Origin: a virus
Lineage: Duplodnaviria > Caudoviricetes
Virus record (IMG/VR): IMGVR_UViG_3300017707_000735
Coordinates: 12,322 to 76,321 of that record
DNA length: 64,000 nt
Direction: 5' to 3' (one strand)
Part shown: piece after piece, positions 46,901 to 54,800 of the stretch
How positions within the stretch are numbered: the stretch's first letter is position 1
How the letters are laid out: each line of letters begins with the position of its first letter
Notes under the pieces: model-generated
Told to the model about the DNA's origin: nothing
Database searches by the model: none
What the model saw: only the letters and a program-made list of their open reading frames with translations
Position numbers and translations under genes: made by a program

Positions 46901-49900
46901 GAAAGTAGACTCTATCATGTATGAAGAGTACAAAGAGACTCTTTACCAAGATATCTTAGACCGTCTTAAGAATAACAAGACTATTAAGAACAAAAAAGAC
47001 TACGCAAAAAAGCTTGCTGAAACAGAAGCTAAAGAGTACTTAGGAATGAAAGAGGGTGATGGACAAGGTCATGTTACTTTGGAATCATACCGCATGCTTA
47101 AGACTCTTGAAGGTAACTGGTCAGATGAGCAAGAAGCCCTGTACAAACGTATTGTGAATAAAGAAGAGATTGGGGTACAAGATATCATTGAATACTTCCC
47201 ACCTTACAAATTACAGTACTTTGGAAACATGGATACAAAAGGTTTGTCATTAACTTCATTCCATAAGTTCTCATTGGCGCCATTAATTCCTTCAGTGAAT
47301 GGATCTTCAGTTCTCAATGAGCTGCATGACAAGATGATGAAGGATAATATTGACTATGTAGTATTTGAAACTGGTTCTAAGATTGGGCACATTGCACCTG
47401 ATGGAAAAGGTGATAATGTCTTTAATGAAGATGGTACTATAAACAAAGCTTCTACATTTACTGTAAATAAAGTATTTGCTGAGTTCTTAAAGAACCAGAC
47501 AGAAGTAAACAGCTCATTCAAAGAGAAGTCAATCTTCTCTACTCAGTTGCGTAAGTTAATTCTTGAAGGTCTTTATGAGAGAGGTGTAATTCAATCTCCT
47601 GATGAAAGTGAGATTACAAATGATAAAGTAAGAAGATACATTGACAACGTAGCAGAGTATACCGGCATTCTAAAATTAGAACTTCTAGAACAAGTTGGTT
47701 ATGATGAAAGAGTGATCAATGGTAAATCTGTTTATACACCAAGAAGCAAAGAAAGCACTAAGAAGCTAGCAGAACTTATCCGTAAAGAACTTGAAAGAGA
47801 TGATAAGTTAGGAGACCACTTGATTGAAGGTTTTGTGGATGTGACAGCGGACGGGTCATTAAGAAATGACTTATCACTACACCCTGAAGCACCGAAGATT
47901 GAGAAGTTACTACTTTCTATAATCAACAAAAAGATTATTAAGCAAAAGGTAAAAGGTGAGCCATTGGTTCAGGTATCTGCTGCTATGTATGAAGGTGTCT
48001 TTGGTAATCCATTAGATAAACTTAAGGAGGCTACTGATGCTGAAAAGAAAAAGTATAGGGGTTCTAACTTCCTTCCTACATATCATAGAAAGATTATTGA
48101 TTTAAATGCTCTCTATGAAAATGCTGATGTAGATGCTCTTAAGGCTTCCCTGAAAGAAAAGAAAAGAATACTTGAGGAGCAGTCAGCTTATTGGACACCT
48201 ACACATCAGAATGCTCTAAGAGATGAGATTCAGTATTTGGAAGATAAGATTGCTGGTAGAAAGCCAAAAGTAACTACAACTACAGATGGTACTACCTCAG
48301 CTATGAAAGTTATGATTGCTTTGCAAGGCGACTTCCAGTATCTACTGAATCTTAAGCATAATGATGGAGAAGAGATTGGTACAATTGACCGTCTCAATGA
48401 AATGATTAAGAATGAGGCATGGTTAGATAAAGACACTAACCGTAAGAGTATTACTATGGCCGGTGTAAGAATTCCAGTACAGGGTCTTAACTCTATGGAA
48501 TTCATGGAGGTGTATCACTTCCTTCCGCCAGAAGCAGGTAACATTATTATTCCTCCATCTGAGATTGTAGCTAAATCAGGGGCTGACTTTGATATTGATA
48601 AGTTGACTATTTTCATGCCTAACATTGGTGAAGACGGTGCTTACAAAGGTAGACTACTTAAAAAAGGTAAAACTAAAGAAGAGAGCATTCAGATTCTAAA
48701 AGATGCCATTGAAGAAGCTAAAACAAATAAAGAGTCTACTAAAGATATTATTAAGGCTCAGAAGGCAGCATTAGAAAATGAACTCATAGAAGATATCAAA
48801 AACATTCTTGAGCTTCCACAAAACTATCCTTCTTTGATTAGACCAAATGGTACCTATATTCTGAAGCCAATTGCGGATGAACTTGCACAGTATGTGATGA
48901 AGTATAATCCATATACTAACATGTCTTCTGAGTCACTTAACTATAAAGTATCTGATGATAATGGTGTTAAAACACTCTCTAAAATCATTAGTCCTACACG
49001 TGTTCTTGAAGTAGGTTACAACATATATAAGCATGAATCTAATGAGATTGGTAAGAAGACACTTGGTTTAGGAGCTGTTGAGAATACTTTCAACGTGATC
49101 ATGAACTCATTGGGCGCTAAGATGCCAGCTACATATCTACATGGTAAAGATAAGAAGCCAAGAAATATGGATCTATTCTTAAGACACCACACTATGCAGA
49201 ATGATGAAGGAGAAGAAGTTATTTCCCTGTCTAGTAGATATGATGTAGATAATGTATATAAGGTAGCCGATTTATTCTCTCAGATGATTAACGGATGGGT
49301 GGATGTTGAAAAAGATGCATGGATTTTCTTCATTCAGGGGAACTATGAGTTGGCACCAACCTTATTATATCTACTTAAAACTGGCGTACCTGTAGAAGAA
49401 GCTATTAGCTTTATGTCACAACCTTTAGTAAGAGAATATGTAAAAGAACAAAGACTTGGTAAAAGTACATTTGCCGAACCTCTTGGTAAAAAATCTTTAT
49501 ATGCATCAAAGGTTAAACAAGATGCTGCAAGTCGTGTGCTTAAAAAATACTTTGGTACAGATATTCCTGAGAAAAGATACTACTATGAAAGAAATGTTCT
49601 TTCAGATAAGTACTTTGCTGATAAAGAAGACAAAAACTTTACTAAAAAAGAAATGATGGATTTGATTAAAGGTTCATATCCAGATCTTGATAAAGCTTGG
49701 GATAGGTTTGTTGAGAAAAACAAAAGAGATCCTTACATGTATGAGTATAAGGATTTGATAAAAGAGTCTGAAGCGGAGGCAACTAAAAATGCATCTAGTG
49801 ACTTATCAAAAGTAATGTTTTTGCACTTCTTAGAGATTGAACAACAGATCAGTGGTCTTACTAAGTTAAAGATCAATTCAAATCCAGATACAGCAACTCA

Positions 49901-51848
49901 ATCATCATTTGCTGAAGTGGAGATAGTGGAATCTACAAGAGAAGACTTAGAGGAAGAAACAAAAATTGATCAGGAGTTAAGACGTGGATTAAGAGAGGAT
50001 GCTGTAATCAGTCCAATGTATAACAACGATCTTGCATTAGCATTGGTAGAGCCGTTGATGCCATTAAGATATCATGAAAATGTTTCTCAATGGATCATTA
50101 CAAACCTAGCAGACTTTAGAAATAATCTTGATGATACATTTGGTCCAGGAAAATTGACTCAAATGATTGATACTTTCAGAAATGACATGGTCAACATGCT
50201 TCTTCAGAATGCATTGAGAAAGTTCAATCTGGGACCTGCATACAAAGGTTATAATACAGAAACAGAAATTCCTGTAAATCTAGTAGACTACTTAAAGTTT
50301 GGCGCCTACGTTAAGAAGAATGCCAAAGGTGAAGACACTTTGTACATTGATGAAAGACAACTTAAGGAAGACTTTAGATATTCCCTATGGGAAAAAGATT
50401 CAGAGTATGAAGGTTCTTATGAAGATAGAGGTTTATATCCATTAGATGGACCATACTTCAGCAGCAATGCAAGAACAAATGAAGCTGCATACTTTGCGTT
50501 TGTAGCAGAACGTGAATACCTACGCTCAATCTTACCTGTTACAGATGTGGTTGAAACGAGAGAGTATAAAAAAGAGCTACGTGATACTAAGATGATACAT
50601 CCTGAAATGTCTGAAGTAGAACAAGGTAGATTCACTTATGAAAAGATTTTGGCAATGAGGGCATTGGATAATACGTTCAATCCTTACAAGTTGTTCCAAG
50701 ATCCTGAAAATGCATATGCTATCAAGTACAAAGAACTTATGGATAGAGATGCTGAAGTATACGGGGGTAAGCTTAAACAGGAGTATCCTGTACTAAGCAG
50801 ACTTATGATGGATACTAACTCTAATCAAACTTTCTATAACTTGTATGTAAATGAGAAAGACTATGATAATTCATTGTCCAATCTTTACAAGAAAAACATT
50901 GCAGACTTGGGTAATCCAGGTGTTGTTAAAGTAGCAGATCCTGAAGAGAACATGATGATAAGTGACTTCTTTGCAAGGTTACCATTGATCTCAATGATTC
51001 AAACAGGTTTAAACAAAACAAAGTTAAACTTCAATAATGTAGTTCCTCTAGAGCAGTATATAGACATCATGCGTGAGCAGACAGAAGAGTTTATGGATAT
51101 CTTAGAGGATGAAGAAAAAGCTGATAACTTCTTAGACAAATTCTTCTATACGTTCTTAGCTGCCAATAGAAGCAAAGCTGGTATGGAGGGTGGTTCAATT
51201 AACTCTAACAAAGGCAGATTTAAAGATTTATTCTTTACAAATAAACTAGAGAATGCTACTGAAAAGAAACTTAAAGGTGATGAGGCTGCTAAGAAGTTCT
51301 TAACGCCTACTAATACAGAAGACTTGTATGTATACTCTGAGGGTAATAAGACTCCAAAAGTGTATGAAGCAATGGCTAAGTACAATCCGGATGTCATCTT
51401 TGTTGTAAATGCTCCTAGATCTATGATGCTTGATAGAGAATTGAGGTTTAATGGTCAAGCAAGATTAGCAAACATAGAAGATGCAATGTCAATCATTTTC
51501 CCAACTTCTAATAAGTCACTAACTGATAACTACACAGGAGTTAAATCTGACAAGTATGAAGTAGTAAAAGCTATCTTTGAAGATGCTATTCAAAGAATCA
51601 AAAAAGAGCAAATGTATGGGAAACCAATTGCTTTTCCTAGATCAGGATTTGGGGATCCGAGCATCATGCCTAAAGAATTATTTGTATATTTATCTAAGAG
51701 ACTCTATGAAGAGTTTGGTTATGTAAATCCAGGCTCTACAATGTACAAAGAACTTGTTCAATTGATTACTGAGAAGCAAGGTATTACTGATGCAGAAATA
51801 GAGTTTAATTTTAATGAGGAGAATAATCCGTTTAAATGTGAATTGTAA
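40911..51848 (+). CDS. Virion-packaged single-chain DNA-dependent RNA polymerase (crAss/phi14:2 gp66-like) with accessory domains
   Basis: 3645 aa. RIPVQG...KSGADFDIDKL (DFDID at 48585-48599), upstream EGDGQG and FHKFS motifs, HEAWH zincin (43785-43799), a SLOG-like segment and a C-terminal macro-like segment. Confidence 0.93.
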   Translation: MACKITEQQVIHIYTDIYEELKVGMDNPSVPVFDINSYMKDLYDDLVDAADPDSVQKTMLTIQAVPEIYQKVALRSDVKAYILSKPKLKNSFMDVMQMSQDFADLNNVAQFLKKAKVSKKYVDAAVRVSNMAKGRMQIINDVNMILKEVLMRSEATGRMKPISAWTLTGQEYMPINPEGATDEQRNAIIDESQILTYKVIREIVNNAKKATEEEQVTYRGIPVVIQAMRSSDIDIKFFDDSTRAKYAENRIINSVPFRKLHAEGVSAVISDTDGNVLYFDEEGNIADEESGRPVIQGFRKTAIKNGKLTLSNNANFATVLVSPKEIADRQQREALAMGIDFTASHYDYIVKRETERIEKEVNDLHLLREKVLSEENAGVLLPITGGTFGIVGEKFVPLYTTSIKSEDIAEIQTENIKEEGGYAYFTLKSDPDAGRIYMQRANMPEDLIDRIVDVLSTDAKFKGGKTLTAKQRVDFAKIFLGPSPKLQNYRTTPIYIKTVEIDGVEELMVLVNGIPLDMESEDEIEFLRDQLKNQIVGKEKTFSAPLNYSSDYTNKTFIDYRIEGDKIIAEEVDYFDFIKPFINVLYTEESAPFVPARNAYLSYAIPTEVLGDFELEKEEEAPTKKETKKEEEEAEAGTEDIGKINFSQHTVAGYAPVKQEVIKKADLVLAFNPRFTSASSIVTANAVDRAGKDYFPQPFAKSGGKLELKQAAINAIVTQINAAPGGVITITGDDITELKGYSQDVLNNFMYNTLKAVVESDKLKIDITNIITTGQTGIEQAATIAAARLGLEVTVIAPKGWQFKEYVKAPANTKFQKGTFNKRADKRSPETKFKARFKVNKRTAKAATTTKKTAAEQKAADQEVLNQPTSGRFNMGKFKRSMSVGTFFDKYFITEADKKRADNWWSNSPLSTAKDADGNLLIPVTVITEILNSDAFATWSRAGITLNQADGGTSVDLYHEAWHAFSQLYLSIDEKTALYEAMRKSPKWADAEFIEIEEAIAEDFRDFMLGKTKPKGIIGRIFDRIAKAIRLLFGKLTRRDMVRPRDIAEVKGYFDALYKGEINHLTPSVENVMPEFDVLNRSKTINVLKQETKNYSPFTIDDSKRVTDAIDSVFAELFLNFNQHFGTSSGMSRLLDNSFNRQGAYENVLDDFIRRRDEAQAELKELAAENRKSDNPDLDAEAVLSDNLLLLSKVIDNFGDIPNSLTGKEKKGVVAHHINSTRFNVLKDTYVELEEDPEATEEKEEETNSVGQTIQSSDGGNIKSSKELASEETLMLISSIFKLEKIKEGKTIRYERVKDKLGFYVLESKDIMWNKLARTLAGSLTEKDIYSRLIKFADNYPEFRQITDLLHNPTQDYVDSKEFNTETKFWQDFKKPRIPYVQLNITKKVTPSLEEGRDTVEFSSSIVNASFDVYAIYKVWSSNFKMADPADSRFISSDKISNILDVELLVAEFGKNGKLDPKRSFDFLEALGITLDKNSAEISAMMAKPKFAQVYGVEYIYSLLRMVSKALKSADEEKVAAAKKFTRNPIEYLMNGLPEALRTDEKNTEDVRARLRALAEINIQFSDNYSNFSVLSPEKNRVWEHFLDSTLTRAMGAINKAKNLKYLIDEDENEFDLDGEFRHMRWLKDSNNPHIKYSVNMNSMFFMNGPNFGDRRKIGTDTEEVNQLLLNNVAGTQILEEGSIEPEDGVSTSSADATTKFLQEMNTMLLRGIQEFMRHASKSMSQGIRAEKINTALYGNQGKATDYLYVDIADFRPIRKGEGELEAFEIIKGYVAGELERIQRFKANLNDKTITDPALQMKNWAGYNRKVRKKDGTIVMAGEIFTAFDDVLSEETKEKLYAIKGNLLDALEADDDLYQDVKADVDSYFEKQTKANLERLSEARYVDPALTDIAYQEGLTKKQTDKVLVKAYTYNSWIHNYETVILTYGDLAQYNHEKEEFHKRNAGMTAPGRGFRADQRARNFINSSLFQRLYAEKNNYQIRNYDGRLHTAIIKEKKVDSIMYEEYKETLYQDILDRLKNNKTIKNKKDYAKKLAETEAKEYLGMKEGDGQGHVTLESYRMLKTLEGNWSDEQEALYKRIVNKEEIGVQDIIEYFPPYKLQYFGNMDTKGLSLTSFHKFSLAPLIPSVNGSSVLNELHDKMMKDNIDYVVFETGSKIGHIAPDGKGDNVFNEDGTINKASTFTVNKVFAEFLKNQTEVNSSFKEKSIFSTQLRKLILEGLYERGVIQSPDESEITNDKVRRYIDNVAEYTGILKLELLEQVGYDERVINGKSVYTPRSKESTKKLAELIRKELERDDKLGDHLIEGFVDVTADGSLRNDLSLHPEAPKIEKLLLSIINKKIIKQKVKGEPLVQVSAAMYEGVFGNPLDKLKEATDAEKKKYRGSNFLPTYHRKIIDLNALYENADVDALKASLKEKKRILEEQSAYWTPTHQNALRDEIQYLEDKIAGRKPKVTTTTDGTTSAMKVMIALQGDFQYLLNLKHNDGEEIGTIDRLNEMIKNEAWLDKDTNRKSITMAGVRIPVQGLNSMEFMEVYHFLPPEAGNIIIPPSEIVAKSGADFDIDKLTIFMPNIGEDGAYKGRLLKKGKTKEESIQILKDAIEEAKTNKESTKDIIKAQKAALENELIEDIKNILELPQNYPSLIRPNGTYILKPIADELAQYVMKYNPYTNMSSESLNYKVSDDNGVKTLSKIISPTRVLEVGYNIYKHESNEIGKKTLGLGAVENTFNVIMNSLGAKMPATYLHGKDKKPRNMDLFLRHHTMQNDEGEEVISLSSRYDVDNVYKVADLFSQMINGWVDVEKDAWIFFIQGNYELAPTLLYLLKTGVPVEEAISFMSQPLVREYVKEQRLGKSTFAEPLGKKSLYASKVKQDAASRVLKKYFGTDIPEKRYYYERNVLSDKYFADKEDKNFTKKEMMDLIKGSYPDLDKAWDRFVEKNKRDPYMYEYKDLIKESEAEATKNASSDLSKVMFLHFLEIEQQISGLTKLKINSNPDTATQSSFAEVEIVESTREDLEEETKIDQELRRGLREDAVISPMYNNDLALALVEPLMPLRYHENVSQWIITNLADFRNNLDDTFGPGKLTQMIDTFRNDMVNMLLQNALRKFNLGPAYKGYNTETEIPVNLVDYLKFGAYVKKNAKGEDTLYIDERQLKEDFRYSLWEKDSEYEGSYEDRGLYPLDGPYFSSNARTNEAAYFAFVAEREYLRSILPVTDVVETREYKKELRDTKMIHPEMSEVEQGRFTYEKILAMRALDNTFNPYKLFQDPENAYAIKYKELMDRDAEVYGGKLKQEYPVLSRLMMDTNSNQTFYNLYVNEKDYDNSLSNLYKKNIADLGNPGVVKVADPEENMMISDFFARLPLISMIQTGLNKTKLNFNNVVPLEQYIDIMREQTEEFMDILEDEEKADNFLDKFFYTFLAANRSKAGMEGGSINSNKGRFKDLFFTNKLENATEKKLKGDEAAKKFLTPTNTEDLYVYSEGNKTPKVYEAMAKYNPDVIFVVNAPRSMMLDRELRFNGQARLANIEDAMSIIFPTSNKSLTDNYTGVKSDKYEVVKAIFEDAIQRIKKEQMYGKPIAFPRSGFGDPSIMPKELFVYLSKRLYEEFGYVNPGSTMYKELVQLITEKQGITDAEIEFNFNEENNPFKCEL

Positions 51849-54800
51849 TGGGATGCAGTAGTAAGATAAACAGTCTAGACATGTTGAAAGCTGAGAATAT
51901 TATCAGCGATACAAGAGAGATTCTAGACTTTGGAAGATTTGATAATGCTAACCTAAGATTGACAGAGTTTGCCAAAGCAAGTTATGGTTTAATGCCATTA
52001 TCTGGTGAGCTTTTGTATGACACATCTAGCAGAAAAACGGATGGTAAAGTAGTTTACAGAGCAGAACCTAATGAACTGCTTTTTTCTGCACTTGATAATC
52101 TGATTGATGAGCAGGAGACTAAGTTGATAATGCAACAAAGAGATGCATCTAATGAAGATGAGGTAGCTTCTTTTATGAGAAAAGAGCAAGAGTTATCCCT
52201 ATTGGAACAGCTTAAGAACTATTTAAAAGAAGAGGACTACAGATTAAAATCACCTGCCCCATCTTGGATTACTGATCCTACAACTACTGTAGGAAGGATG
52301 TTAGAAGAAATTAACATTCCTATAGTTCAAGAGACTCTTATTTTCTTAAGAGAACAGAACAGACAAATACAAGAACTTAAATCTAATGCAGATAAAATTA
52401 CTAAGGACTTGTATAAACAAGCAGGTATCAATCCTGATAAATTATTGCAGGATGAGTCTACTCAATTAGAAAATGTTCAAAGAACTACTAGAGGTGAGTT
52501 AAGATTACCAACTCCAGAACTAGACAAACTCAATGCATTAAAAACTTCTAACAGAGATTTGTATGAACAGATTGAAGATCTAGGTGATCAGCAATTTCAA
52601 CTTACAACAAAGGCTTCTAGAAGTTTTCAAAATGAAGTTAAAAAATTCTTTGACTCATTGATGGAGTATGAGCAAATAGAGCTTGGTACTACATCTGCTA
52701 ATGTATTTGAGAACATAGATTTGAGTCAGACTGAATACTATGGAGAGAACAATGAGAGCGTACCGGTAATAGTGGACGGTGTCAAAGTTGGGGACCTTTC
52801 ATACGGACTTAGCGGGAATTATGCTGTGCTTAACTTTGCTAATATACCTGATGAATATAAGAAAAGCGGGGTACTGAAGAACGCTTTGGTTGAACTGGCT
52901 CAATCTGTAAAAACAGATGGGCTTACGCTTGTATCAGATGCATTAGATCCCTTGAGTAACATGGTATGGGCAGAGCTTATCATGGAAAACCAAGCACACA
53001 TTAGTGATGACTTAGTTTATACATACGGAGAAGGACCAGCTTTACTTGTTCCTAAAGCTGATTTAGACAATGAAAGATCTAGACTGCTAGGTAACATATT
53101 TGCTCAGAAGCTTTCTGCTGCAATGAAAACTTCCTATGAAGAAGTTACAAGAGAACAAGCTGCTAATATTCTAAAGAATGCACCTATTAAGTATAATGGT
53201 GAACCTGCATTTGTCTATGCTGGTACAGTATACTTTGTAGAAGGTGGTCTTAATTTAGATACTGCGCTGCATGAGTTTTCCCACCCACTGATATCAGCAA
53301 TCAGAAGAGATAATGGCGGGTTATTTGAAAATCTCTATGAGCAGCTTATGGGTACAACAGAGGGTGACCAACTCCGTGAGAAGATGGCTAAACTTTACCC
53401 TGAACTTAAAGAAGGTAGTGTACTATACAAAGAAGAGATCTTAGTACATGCTTTAAGTAAGAGAGCAACTAACCAGGTAACTCAACAAATAGAAACAGAT
53501 GGATTTACAAGATTCATTAGAAATCTTTTGTATGCTATCAAACAAGCACTTAAAGGTGCCTTTGGTAGAGTTAATGTAGCTGACATAAATGCTAATACTA
53601 CACTAGATGAGTTAGCACAAAGACTACTTACCGAAAGCTTTGAACTCACTGATGGAATGACGGATGAACAGTTGGTTCAGTTTGCCCGTGCAGAAAAAGG
53701 TAGGATTAACAAACTAGACAACACCAGTAAGGATCTTGCTAAAAACATTAGTGCAGATGCTATGATAGCATTGATTAATGACTTCTATTACAGAAACAAA
53801 GAAGTGCTTGATGCTGCTAAACGTGTAAGCAAGAAGAGTCCGCAATACAAGGTCTTGGAAAAAGCTATGTTTGAGAATGAAGGTGACCGATTGCTCAAAG
53901 ATATCCAAGCAAGTTTGAGAAAGTATCAGACTATTCAAGTTTCTGCAAAGAGAACGAGAGCTCAGATTGTTGATGATACAATAGATGCTGAAACAAGAAG
54001 ACTTCAGGAAGTGACTCTGCAGGCTACTACAGTAGTACACAGCTTTGCTGTAATTAACAATGTCATGGATAACATCTATGGTAGTTTAATGGAGCTTATA
54101 AAAAGTGGTGAGTATACTTCTAGACAAGGTGAAAAACTTTTGGCTGTTTATAAGAGTTCAGTATATGCATATGATGAGCTTATTAAAGATACTGACCGTT
54201 TGTTGGTAGAAGATTTTGGTTTGAAGACTGACAATCCTTTTGCACAGATGCTCAACCAAACTAGTATGACAATCCAGAGATGTAAAGATGTCATCAATAA
54301 AATTAAGTTTGAGAGAGCTACTGAATTCTACAAAGAGTACACTCAGTACATGAATGACTTTGTAAATAAAGAGCTCAAGCAAAACCTGGATCAGTTAAAG
54401 ACACGCCTGTCAGAAGAAGAGATAGAGGATCTATACAACAGAATTGTAAACAACACCATTACTGATGAAGAAGTAAATGCACTGAAGGACAAGAGTCTTA
54501 GTGCAACTGGTGTGGGTGCATTTATTGATCACTTCAGAACATACAGAATTACAGAAGATAAGATCCGTGGATTATTATCCGGTACACAGAATGATGTATC
54601 ATGGTTCAATAGAATGCTTGAAGCATACACATCTAGTAATGATCCTATAGTAGGTGCCTTTGCTATATTTGTAAATGACTTGGAGACAGAAGCCATGCAA
54701 GAAGTCATGGATGACTCTGAGGTATTCAGACAAAAGCTAGAGCCACTATTAAAGGCTATAGGCTACAATGCTAATCAGACAAGACAAATACTTGACCTTA

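Noticed and set aside
51681-51692. TTTGTATATTTA as another promoter before the last cargo gene
   Set aside because: It lies within coding sequence (ELFVYL), has no TTTG/TTTA 20 nt upstream, and the next gene is translationally coupled.
51837-51856. MGC N-terminus as myristoylation/palmitoylation and Cxx* as CaaX prenylation signals
   Set aside because: These are eukaryotic modifications, CaaX needs three residues after the Cys, and there is no lipoprotein signal peptide before the Cys.
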